Shown one piece after another: positions 1-10,730 of a stretch of 18,941 bases of DNA. The stretch is from Tubiluchus corallicola (taxonomy: Eukaryota; Animalia; Priapulida): the NCBI GenBank assembly GCA_030141605.1, contig JAQGDQ010001975.1, forward strand, positions 1 through 18,941, given 5' to 3'. The position numbers were made by a program, and so were the translations under genes. The notes below the pieces were generated by a model. It made no database searches. It had not been told where the DNA came from and saw nothing but the letters and a program-made list of their open reading frames with translations. Each line of letters begins with the position of its first letter. The stretch's first letter is position 1.

Positions 1-94
<94 letters not shown>
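1..94. repeat. (TAT)n trinucleotide microsatellite, truncated by the window start
   Basis: Pure TAT repeat, about 31 units. Confidence 0.98.
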
Positions 95-499
95 GTGTTT
101 CATTGTATATTGTGTTGGCGATCATACCCCATGTGCGGGGTTTCTCAGCATAGTTTTTTCTTTATTGTCATGTATTCCATTGTTTTTGTAATGTTTTGTA
201 ATTTGTAATTGTATTGATCGTAAATCGTCAATAAATAAATTATTATTTTTGTTTCAACTCATTAAACAAATGTACACTTTTAATAGTTAAAAAATTTAGT
301 AAATAAATTAATATTAACGATAATTTGTGATAGGGTTAGTGGAAAAAAATAAGTACTAATATTTACATACATAATGTATGTAAAATATTTGCACACTAGG
401 CCTGTATACAAGATAATGTAGCTAATTGACTATTGTCAAATCCAACGTTAAGTACTCCATCCATTGCTAACAATGATTTCTTAATAATATTTCCGTTAA

Positions 500-1047
500 A
501 GGAAAACCAGACGATTGTGTAAACATCAGTTCAAAATAAAGAATGCTCTAAAATATTGAAAACTACAATAGTTTTTTTTAAATCAAAGGTTAGATTAAAT
601 AATAATTACCTCGGATACTCAAATTTCGTTAAACTTTCAAAGCTACGCGCGACTCAGTGAATCTACTAAGATTGGCAACGGCGCCGTTTTGTCACATTTG
701 CATGGCCGACAAATAGAAGACGGTACTGTGATAACCATGATCATGAACTGTAGTGTTAGTTTCTGACGTCATATGATGTAAAGCACATTTTCGTGACATC
801 TTGTGATTAAGCAGTACTGTAACACTTACGCAAATGTGCTTGACGCACAAGGGAAGATGCCTGCCATTGCGCAAACTGTGGTTAGTTTCTGACGTAAGCA
901 ATATCTGTGTTCGGTTGCCGTTAATTAACTTTCTAAGCTAATTATTCAAATATAAGAAACAATTGTTAACTTTTATAGGCAAGAAAATGTATATTTTGGA
1001 CAGTAAATTAAAATGAGATTGAGTCTAAACAATCGTCCGGTTTTCCT
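500..1047. mobile_element. Non-autonomous Kolobok-like DNA transposon (MITE), 548 bp
   Basis: TTAA at 496-499 and 1048-1051. Termini AGG...CCT. TIR AGGAAAACCAGACGATTGTGTAAAC vs reverse complement of right end AGGAAAACCGGACGATTGTTTAGAC (22/25). TTAA TSD with 5'-RR termini is the Kolobok signature. No transposase ORF. Confidence 0.8.
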
Positions 1048-1417
1048 TTAATGGTGATGGCTGATATTATCCCGGCGTTTTATTTTTTTAATATGGAAAA
1101 GCTTTTTCAGTCATAATTAAAAAAAGCACCGAAACTATACACTTGTAACTCTCGCAGCCAAAAGCTAACGTAGTGCAAGATAAAGCAGCCAAATTTTAAC
1201 TTTGTAGGGAACTTGCTTCTGAAATTATTGCAGCTGAGACTGACCTACTACACGAATCATACCTCAGCTTTTGTACGCTAGAGAGCGCCACTAACAATGT
1301 GCGCGACATGCGCGAAATACAAGTCCAACAGTCTTTTAGATGTCATTTATGATTTTTTATTGTCCAAAATGGGCAATCGTCGTCTCATCCCAAAATCACT
1401 ATCACATCATGACATAT

Positions 1418-1439
1418 TTGACTGACTGACTGACTGACA
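1418..1439. repeat. Short (TGAC)n tetranucleotide repeat
   Basis: tgactgactgactgactgac, 5 units. Confidence 0.85.
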
Positions 1440-1790
1440 TATTATGAGCGACTCGACTTCGTTTTATCTGAAGCAAATAAAAACATTTTCTGCTAATCCA
1501 ATGTCAAAACGATAATTAACTGCTATAATGAAAATGTATAATAATATTATGAAAAATGAAGAAATCAAACTTACATCTTTGCCGCATCTTACTAACTTGC
1601 TAAAGAGAACTCGACTGACAAAATTTTGTGATAAAACGACACGACGTACTGAACAAGAATGACTTCTTTCCTATCCTGTCTGTAAAATGAGGCCAATGGC
1701 CTATTTCCTGTCCTAGCTCACCTGTCTATCAACAGCCTAAATTTGCAAAAAACAAACACGAGGAGGCACCACGTGCTTATATCCAAAACA

Positions 1791-2047
1791 AACAACTTTC
1801 TAATTGGGCCCCGCTTTTCCTAGCACGGGCCCTGAGACTAGGCCGCTATGACCTCGGGTATAGTAGGGTAGAGAGCGCCACTAACAACTTTCTAATTGGG
1901 CCCCGCTTTTCCTAGCACGGGCCCTGAGCCTAGGCCGCTTTGACCTCGGGTACAGTAGGGTAGAGAGCGCCACTAACAACTTTCTAATTGGGCCCGCTTT
2001 TCCTAGCACGGGCCCTGCGCCTAGGCCGCTGTGACCTCGGGTACAGT
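1791..2047. repeat. 92-bp tandem repeat, about 2.8 copies, containing a GC-rich MITE-like right end (...CCTAGCACGGGCCCTG)
   Basis: Unit AACAACTTTCTAATTGGGCCCCGC... starts at 1791, 1883 and 1975; copies are near-identical. Confidence 0.95.
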
Positions 2048-3412
2048 CTGGACTGGGGGTATACTATGGTCTGTCATACCGGTATTCATACTACCATGAA
2101 ACATTTCCGGCAGCCGAGGGTTAAAGCAGCTATTACAACATGACAACTACAGAATGACGGAGTATCATACATGTAGTCATTGCTTGGATGCACACAAATC
2201 CCCCCGCGCATGCTTTCATTGCACGTTTCTCATAGTTGCTCATGGGAGAGGTGTGCATATTTTATTTACGCATTTCCAATCCAACGCGTACGAACTATTG
2301 TGGCAAATTTTATGTGTGAGAGAATTATTTTATTATCTCCATTGAGGAATTATATGGGAAATGTTCGCGTACAGCAGAAATTAGTAATGCAAAAAATGAC
2401 ATGTCAGTGTGTTAAAGTAGGAAATTCTGTATGTAAAGGTAAGACTTTTATAATCTGATAATTTTCCAGGAAAAAAAATAAAGAATAACTCAGGGAAGTT
2501 TCGTCATGAACAAACCTCTTCTCTTCCTTTCGCCTATATCTCTTGTTATAAAAACGAAACTAAAATTCATGTTTATTTCTACTGTTTACTGAATAAAGTG
2601 GTCTCACAGAGCAGCAATTGTTATTAATTAATTACTTAATAACAGATTTTTAATTAAAAGTTGAAGTAACAGTTAAAACCTAATAAACTGTAATACGATT
2701 AATCAAGCCAACGTCTCGAACAATGATCACCTATTTTACATTTCCATTACAATATGAAAGTTTCAGCACTATCAGGGCCATAATGAAGTCTGAGTCTGTG
2801 TTGTACCTGGGCTTACAAAAGAAATTTGGCCACATAGAACCTGTATTCAGTATTATAATGGTAATAACGTCGTAACTGGTTAGCCTGAAATGTTAAACAA
2901 AACGCCCAGAAAACATTTTAATAACATGGAATAGTTTAATAGGCACAAAGCATGATTTTTATTTCATTAAGAGACGAACTCAATACTTTATGCAATTATC
3001 TAATGGTGGTCGTTGTCGCGAGTCACACGATAAAACATCTCATGAGAATGGCTGCCGTTAGCTGGTCGAAATGTCGAGTTTATCTATTAGTAAATCATCT
3101 CTTGTACCCATTATTTCTCTTGTACCTTGTCCTACGTGTTATCGTGTTAATAATATATACCAATATGTAACGCACACGATGCTTCAAACTGCTTCAAGAT
3201 CATACTTTTAAGGATCATTTCTATAGTATGTGTCGCAAGAGATTCAGACAAAGCTGAACGCCAGAACACCAGTACGATAACTAACACTGAAAAGGGACAA
3301 TTATAAAGACGTTTTTCTTCAAAGCGTGCAGATCCACTGCAACTTGAGCAGGAAAGACAGAGAAAAACGATCTAAATTATAGGCAATACTACAAAAATAT
3401 TATGCTAACATT

Positions 3413-4232
3413 CGGGGGCGTAGCTAGGTTGTAAAGTTCGGGGAGCAGGCACATAAAAAAGACAATGTGACAGGGGCATAGCCAGGTTCTAACGTTAGGG
3501 GGAGCAAGCACATAACAAAAGCGCCGTGACAGGGGCGTAGCCAGGTTCTAAAGTTAGGGGGAGCAAGCACATAAAAAGACACTGTGACAGAGGCATAGCC
3601 AGGTTCTAAAGTTAGGGGGGGAGCAAGCACATAAAAAAGACACAGTGACAGGGGCGTAGCCAGGTTCTAAAGTTAGGGGGAGCAAGCACATAAAAAGACA
3701 CAGTGACAGGGGCATAGCCAGGTTCTAAAGTTAGGGGGAGCAAGCACATAAAAAGACACTGTGACAGAGGCATAGCCAGGTTCTAAAGTTAGGGGGGGGG
3801 CAAGCACATAAAAAAGACACAGTGACAGGGGCGTAGCCAGGTTCTAAAGTTAGGGGGAGCAAGCACATAAAAAGACACAGTGACAGGGGCATAGCCAGGT
3901 TCTAAAGTTAGGGGGAGCAAGCACATGAAGACACTGTGACAGAGGCATAGCCAGGTTCTAAAGTTAGGGGGGAGCAAGCACATAAAAAGGCACTGTGACA
4001 GGGGCATAACCAGGTTCTAAAGTTAGGGGGGAGCAAGCATATAAAAAAGACACAGTGACAGGGGCATAGCCAGGTTCTAAAGTTAGGGGGAGCAAGCACA
4101 TGAAGACACTGTGACAGGGGCATAACCAGGTTCTAAAGTTAGGGGGAGCAAGCACATGAAGACACTGTGACAGGGGCATAGCCAGGTTCTAAAGTTAGGG
4201 GAAGCAAACTCATAGCAAAAGCGCCGTGACAG
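3413..4232 (+). repeat. Minisatellite, 14 units of 56-61 bp, each starting with a MITE-like left terminus CAGGGGCRTAGCCAGG
   Basis: Unit starts at 3413, 3471, 3530, 3588, 3649, 3707, 3765, 3826, 3884, 3940, 3999, 4059, 4115, 4171. Confidence 0.97.
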
Positions 4233-4500
4233 ATTTTTAACGAATTGATTATACCTTTTAATTTTTTGTTTAAAATCAAAACACATGCATAGTTTTAAAG
4301 GAAATTCATAGCTGCTATTTCGTATTTAAAGTTAAAACACGATAAATCTCAAAACTTAATAAAAACACGTGTGATATTTAATTTACTTTAATTTTAAACT
4401 TAAAACGAAAACCAAATGAAGCATCGTGAAAGATGTATCATGGAGGAAACACAATTGTTGAAATTACACAGAAAAATTGCTGAAAAGAGAAAAAAATTAT

Positions 4501-5699
4501 TGCTAAAAATTTTGGCTAATAAGCAGCATTTTCATTAAAAGTGCAGCACCCCCTTCCCCATTAGCTACGCCACCGCTAAAGTTACCATTATCGGCAATTA
4601 ACTTTGGCTAATAAGCAGTATTTTCACTAAAAGTGCAGCACCCCCTTCCCCATTAGCTACGCCACTGCTAAATACCATTATCGGCAACTAGCTTTGACTA
4701 ATAAGCAGCATTTTCATTAAAAGTGCAGCACCCCCTTCCCCATTAGCTACGCCACTGGTAAATACCATTATCGGCAATTAACTTTGACTAATAAGCAGCA
4801 TTTTCATTAAAAGTGCAGCACCCCCTTCCCCATTCATTAGCTACGCCACTGCTAAAATTATCATTATCGGCAATTAACTTTGGCTAATAAGCAACATTTT
4901 CATTAAAAGTGCAGCACCCCCTTCCCCATTCATTAGCTACGCCACTGCTAAAATTATCATTATCGGCAATTAACTTTGGCTAATAAGCAGCATTTTCATT
5001 AAAAGTGCAGCAACCCCTTCCCCATTAGCTACGCCACTGCTAAAATTACCATTATCGGCAATTAACTTTGACTAATAAGCAGCATTTTCATTAAAAGTGC
5101 AGCACCCCTTCCCCATTCATTAGCTACGCCACTGCTAAAATTATCATTATCGGCAATTAACTTTGGCTAATAAGCAGCATTTTCATTAAAAGTGCAGCAA
5201 CCCCTTCCCCATTAGCTACGCCACTGCTAAAACTACCATTATCGGCAATTAACTTTGACTAATAAGCAGCATTTTCATTAAAAGTGCAGCACCCCCTTCC
5301 CCATTAGCTACGCCACTGCTAAAATTACCATTATCGGCAATTAACTTTGGCTAATAAGCAGCATTTTCATTAAAAGTGCAGCACCCCCTTCCCCATTAGC
5401 TACGCCACTGCTAAAATTACCATTATCGGCAATTAACTTTGACTAATAAGCAGCATTTTCATTAAAAGTGCAGCACCCCTTCCCCATTCATTACCTACGC
5501 CACTGCTAAAATTACCATTATCGGCAATGAACTTTGACTAATAAGCAGCATTTTCATCAAAAGTGCAGCACCCCTTCCCCATTCATTAGCCACGCCACTA
5601 GTAAAATTACCATTATCGGCAATTAACTTTTGCAAGAAGCATTTTCATTCAAAGTACACAGCACCTCCGCCCCCCCCCCCCCGATTAGCTACGCCACTG
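4501..5699 (+). repeat. Minisatellite, about 13 units of 90-99 bp, each carrying the right terminus TAGCTACGCCACTG
   Basis: GCTACGCCAC-type motif at 4564, 4656, 4746, 4840, 4936, 5028, 5123, 5215, 5307, 5399, 5494, 5589, 5688. Confidence 0.97.
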
Positions 5700-5993
5700 C
5701 ATCATTTTCAAGTCTATAAGAGACCAGCGCACGTTTATAACACCTTGTTTTGAGAAAATGCATAGATTGAGAGTAACAGCACCCCCCGTTAGCTACGCCA
5801 CTGCATCATTTTCAAGTCTATAAGAGAACAGCGCACGTTTAATAACACCTTGTTTTGAGAAAATGCATAGACTGAGAGTAACAGCACCCCCCCCCCTCCC
5901 GATTACTTACGCCAGTGCATCATTTTCAAGTCTATAAGAGACCAGCGCACGTTTAATAACACCTTGTTTTGAGAAAATGCTTGGACTGAGAGT
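5700..5993 (+). repeat. Tandem triplication (period about 104-114 bp) of the MITE right end plus about 75 bp of flanking DNA
   Basis: CATCATTTTCAAGTCTATAAGAG... at 5700, 5804 and 5918, each preceded by a GCTACGCCACTG-like end. Confidence 0.93.
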
Positions 5994-6223
5994 CGTCAAC
6001 CGCAAGATCACTCTTAATGATTGCTACAACTCAAGGCTATGATTGCTGATGCTGTACGTGTCTAAGTTCTCTGATGGCTGTGTTCTTTTGTTTAGTCAGT
6101 TTATTGAATTATGCAGGAGCTATATAAAGCTGCATTGTATCCAAGCAACAAAGCATTTTGTGAAAGAAAGAAAAACCATGGACACACTGAACATGATAAT
6201 GTCAGAACAGATAGAAAACTTAA

Positions 6224-6858
6224 AGGAAGACAGGATAATTTTTCATACACTACCCCATTTTCAAGTCCAATAAAAAGTATACATTTTTTAAAACACAATT
6301 AATACTGCAAAAGTGCTTCTCTTAAATAATAGATTAAAAACTTGATTAACAGCGGGTGAGCTTAACTATTGATGACATCACAAACTAACATAATTCTCAA
6401 CACCAAAAATTTTCCACGAGCGTGTTGCACGTGTTTGCGAAAACGAAAATTGAAGTACAGTGCTACTGTAAGATATTCAGTGCTGTACTAAAACTAGGCA
6501 AGTTCTTAAATAAAAATTAAAATTTCAAATTTACTGCTCTGCTCACGCATGAACTGTCGAACATGTGTAGTTTGTCACAAACTAACACATTTAAACTGAG
6601 AGGTGCAGCACCTAATTTCTGTGCAATGCATTTCCGAAATGCCGATGCTAGTGCCTGTCTAACTAGCGAATGGGGAAATGCATGTAACAGGGAATTCTCA
6701 TGAGATGTTACATCGTGTGACGCGAACATGAAATTGTGCTTGTGTGGTAATAATTCTTTCACGTAAGTCATTTTTGGAAAAACAGAATGTTCCCTTTCAA
6801 TATATCTTAAAGAGTAGATTGTTTTGATGTACAGTTTAAGATTGGGTCCGGTTTTGTT
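6224..6858 (+). mobile_element. Kolobok-like MITE family B, copy 1 (full length, degenerate right end)
   Basis: TTAA|AGGAAGACAGGATAATTTTTCAT... The right end reads GTCCGGTTTTGTT|TTAA, a decayed version of the GTCCGGTTTTCCT end of the element at 500-1047. Colinear with 11731-12695. Confidence 0.78.
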
Positions 6859-7123
6859 TTAAATAGGTATTATCCACAAAACACGTGCAAAAAAGAGCAA
6901 CAAAAGTTATATATACAGTCAATGGAATATTTGCAGTTTAGTAACAGTAAAATTACGTCCCTGCAATGTTTAAAAATTTTGAAAAATTCGTTTCGCAAAT
7001 TTTTATGCAAATTTTAACTTTTGTAAATATCGCTACCAAATGTTCATAAACAAACCCATTCATAAAATCTTTAAGCCTAGCAAATTATGATTTAGCAAAT
7101 ATATAATTATAATCTGTTGGTTT

Positions 7124-7375
7124 AAGGTATAATTATATTATATATACATATATATACATACATACATATATATATATATATATGTATATTTATATATACG
7201 TACATACATATATATATGTATACATATATATATATATGTGTATATGTATATATATATGTGAATATGTATATGTATACATATATATATATATGTGTATATG
7301 TATATATATATATGTGAATATGTATATGTACACATATATATAGATATATGTGTATATATAATATAATTATACCTT
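7124..7375. repeat. Complex (TA/TATG) microsatellite bracketed by a perfect 25-bp inverted repeat
   Basis: AAGGTATAATTATATTATATATACA at 7124-7148 and its exact reverse complement at 7351-7375. Confidence 0.92.
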
Positions 7376-7613
7376 GAAACAACATCGTTCCATTCCTATT
7401 ATGCAACAAATTTTGCACGCTGTGTTTAAAACATAAATAATTACGTTTAAAATTGTTATGTAAACACAAATGTTTACAGCATAAACATTAAAAATTAAAC
7501 ATAAGAAAATCGCTGATACTAAAACATTTATTATTTAATTTGGAAATAAAAATTATAAACCTACACGTAACTGGCTGCTTTAATTCTCGTGAAATTACAA
7601 ACAAACAGTATAA

Positions 7614-8120
7614 TTCCAGAATAACAGATTTACCTTTTTTCCAAATCCTATTGTTAATTCCAGAACAAGCAATCTAAAACAAATTAGGACAAATACCCAC
7701 TATGGAACGAACTCTGTAATCAAACAAGCAATTCTACTTTGGAATACTCTACCATTACAGGTTAAACAAATCAAGTCCCTATCAGCATTTAAAACAAAAT
7801 TAAAATCACTAATATTAACCAGATATGAAATACCATCACACCAGCACGACAACATACACACTAATTCACAATTCATATATCAACGGCCATATTAATTAAA
7901 TCATAGTTTTTTCATTTTTTTGTGCATAGTTGTAAATATGTTTGATTTTATTCGTCGTTACTTTCCATTACTGCACAGTAGTTTAGATTGCACTGACGCA
8001 TTTGCCTTTAGCAGTGTAAGTTTTTATTAACTAACACTGATTGATCATCTCTGTAAAGTTTTTATCAGTGATTATCAATGTATTTTAATGGCAAATAAAG
8101 ATTATTATATATATGATTAT
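7614..8120 (+). mobile_element. 5'-truncated LINE (CR1/L2-group) 3' fragment: ORF2 C-terminus plus 3' UTR and tail
   Basis: The frame from 7683 reads IRTNTHYGTNSVIKQAILLWNTLPLQVKQIKSLSAFKTKLKSLIL, the typical YG..S...LWN.LP..K...S...FK..LK end of CR1/L2-group ORF2. Stop at 7893-7895. AATAAA plus ATT-rich tail near 8095-8120. Confidence 0.8.
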
Positions 8121-8338
8121 GAAAAAAGGCATCGAGGTTTTTGTGCTAGCCTCATTTTCTCGCAGCAAGGTTATGCTAGACATCACTCTAGCAGAATTTC
8201 CTCCCGTATCCTGCTATGTTTAATATTTTTATATCCCTCGTAAATGGAAAACACGCATTTACCAGCTGCTGCAGAAAATCGTGGTAAACGCCCGGAATGT
8301 TGGCTCTTGCTGAATCATTACTGTTTATGGTGTACACG

Positions 8339-8742
8339 CAGGGGCGTATCAACACCTTACGACGCCCTAAGCTCATAGTTCCGCCCCCTATTGTGAACTG
8401 ATGAACGTTTATGTAATGAGAAGATTAAACAATTACTTGTGGTGTATTAGAAACACAATTAACCCATTATTAATTACATGTATCTACATAGCGTTTATAT
8501 TCAAGGAGGCTGCGCAACTGCTTGTTGTGTAATACCTTGCACCTGTTCGTTATGTTGCACTTATATAAAAAGCTGCTCTCCGTAACTCCCTGTGTGGTGT
8601 GTTATAAAATATGCCCTTTACATGAATCTGCATATGTACACATTTTCCAAGGTGAATAACATTTTTTTCTAAAATGGTGAGACCCTCAAACTTAGGCACA
8701 CTCGGCTATAGTCTAGTCAGCCTATTGATTAATATGCCTCTG
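8339..8742. mobile_element. hAT-like MITE, 404 bp
   Basis: Left CAGGGGCGTATCAA vs reverse complement of right end CAGAGGCATATTAA (11/14). Flanking 8-mers TGTACACG / TACACACG (6/8) as a decayed TSD. Confidence 0.65.
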
Positions 8743-9294
8743 TACACACGCATCAGTAGCTACATTTTTAAATAATTTTGCTCTACTTTTGTAAGAAAGT
8801 GCAGACTGGTCATACCGTTGTGCTGTACTACAATAGGCAGATAGCCTTGAGCTAGTTTAAGCTTCGTGGTACAAAACCACGTGAAACAAAAGCAAGGGTA
8901 TAATTGTATCTACAGCTGCGTACTATGTAGAATCTGTGCAGTGAAATGTGCCGTAACAATTAACAAGATCTGTAGAGTAAAATTAATACCATTGTATAAA
9001 CCACGTGGCGCCATCTATTATGTATTTTACTTGTCACATTATGCCTATGTACTGCGTATCGTGATAAATTAACGTAAATGTTGTCTTACGTGTATTATGT
9101 ACTTTGCTTATATCGTCCATATATATTGTATTATTTACCTATTGTATCCAAGTATGTAAATGAGTATTTCTAGTTGTTTCTAGTTTTATGCGCAGTAGTT
9201 TATTGTTTTGCATTAAGACGCATTAGCAGTATTTTAATAATTAGTTTTAACACTGACCATTGCGATTCTATTGTAATCCATTTTATGGCAACCC

Positions 9295-9679
9295 ATATAT
9301 ATATACATACGTATATGTATGCGCGTATGCGTACACGTGTATGCGTATACGGGTATGCGTATGTGTATATGCGTATGTGTATGAGTATATGCGTATGTGT
9401 ATATGCGTATGCGTATCTGTATATGTATATGCGTATATATATATATGTATATGTGTATATATATATGTATATGTATATGCATATATGTATGTATATGTAT
9501 ATGCGTATAGGTATGTATGCGTATATGTATACCTATACGTATATGCATACCTATACGTATGTGTGTATATATGTATACCTATACGTATGTGTATACACGT
9601 ATAGGTATATGTGTATGTGCATACGTATATGTATGTGTGTATGTGTATGTATAGATATGTATGTATAGATATGTATATG

Positions 9680-9753
<74 letters not shown>

Positions 9754-9783
9754 CTCTAGAAGAATATATATATATATGTATAT
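9295..9783. repeat. Compound alternating purine-pyrimidine microsatellite (TATG/TGCG/TA)
   Basis: About 490 bp of TATGTG/TATGCG/TATA motifs ending in a pure (TA)n run. Confidence 0.97.
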
Positions 9784-10541
9784 TGCGAAGATATAGAAAG
9801 GTCCCACGCTAGCGTTTTTTAATTTAGCACGCAAGTTCTTCTGGCAGACCTGAAATTTGGTGCAACACAAGAAATTAATATGGCGTAACATAAAAAAACT
9901 TCAAAACAAGACAAGGTTTAAAGTTTCTACAGACGTTTTCTGACAAAAATGCACATAGAAATGCTAAACTAACAAGCAACTGACCACAATGCAACTGACC
10001 ACAATGCTGTATCTCTAACGTACTGTATTAGTAAGAGAGTCTGCAAAAAAAGAGGAACTACATTCTCTGACACACCTCCTTCACTCTTGCTCTTCAGATT
10101 GTTTGATTAATATTGTTGAATGTGCTTACATGTGTAAGACAGGAGAAAACTTCAACAGTTCATGTGTTGTATCCATTACGGAAATGGTGCTGACAATCCA
10201 CTGGTACCGGGTTGTCTATTTTCGGGCAGGTTTCCTTGAGAGACTGTTTATGGCAATCACTGATCAAGTTATGTGCTTTGCTACGAAAGTTAAGCAGCAC
10301 TAGTACTGATTGACAAATGAATGGGTTAAGGGTGCGGAGCTGTATGACTCCGAATGCGGTTAAGGCACCTTTGCCAATATGGCATATCGAATTAAAGATA
10401 TATCACTGGTAATGAGCTAGGTTCCAGTCCCGCCATAAATGTTCAACATACGTAGTTGCTGAGCAGTGATGGTGCAGAAGTAAAATGCGACACGTGAACG
10501 TTCTTTTTGTCTGTTTTTAGTGTCGACGTGACCGAGCATAA

Positions 10542-10674
10542 ATGTTAAGCCACAACAACTGGAAAGCTCCGGTCTCTCTTTTCCTGGGGCTGCTGCTGCT
10601 GCTGCTCTTTGCTTGCTTCTACATCATTTCCACCAAAGATGTGTACAGATTTGTGCCAAAGTCTTTCAAAACAG
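10542..10674 (+). CDS. CHST11-like: Carbohydrate sulfotransferase, coding exon 1 (short cytoplasmic tail plus type II signal-anchor TM)
   Basis: ATG at 10542. MLSHNNWKAPVSLFLGLLLLLLFACFYIISTK is a hydrophobic anchor. Donor ACAG|GTAACT after 10674 (phase 1). Upstream acceptor ttctttttgtctgtttttAG ends at 10520. Splices in frame to 14877. Confidence 0.82.
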
Positions 10675-10730
10675 GTAACTACGTAAAAGTACAATGGAGC
10701 TGTACTTTATGTCCTAAAAAGTAATGGTAC

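Larger units (their letters stand above)
3413..5699. mobile_element. hAT-like MITE with both ends tandemly amplified (compound element)
   Basis: Left units begin CAGGGGCGTAGC. Right units end GCTACGCCACTG (reverse complement CAGTGGCGTAGC, 11/12 match). An AT-rich core of about 270 bp lies between them. Candidate 8-bp TSD: CTAACATT (3405-3412) vs CTAAAATT after right ends. Confidence 0.65.

Noticed and set aside
95-250. Possible LINE 3' UTR ending in AATAAATAAAT
   Set aside because: No adjoining ORF2 remnant in the window; base composition alone is insufficient.
1058-1483. Possible Helitron/Helentron-type element (CCCGGCGTT near 1071; (TGAC)n, weak hairpin and A-run near 1420-1483)
   Set aside because: No intact CTRR end or clear hairpin, and the boundaries cannot be defined from this window.
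3424-4286. Repeated short minus-strand ORFs (LTLEPGYAPVT...)
   Set aside because: Translations of the 58-bp minisatellite with frequent frame changes.
3413-5993. CRISPR-like appearance of regularly spaced repeats
   Set aside because: Whole units are near-identical with no unique spacers, there are no cas genes, and the context is eukaryotic.
6043-6302. Recurrent peptide LKEDR.IFH..PHF in ORFs at 6043 and 18020, with related DNFSY/DDFSY peptides at 6111 and 11612
   Set aside because: This is the translated left end of the Kolobok-like MITE, not a protein family.
8971-9294. Possible solo LTR starting TGTAGAG with GGCGCCATCTA
   Set aside because: No matching inverted CA end, TSD, PBS or PPT found.
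9174-9891. Y/I/M/H-rich ORFs on both strands (also 7122-7469)
   Set aside because: Microsatellite translations.
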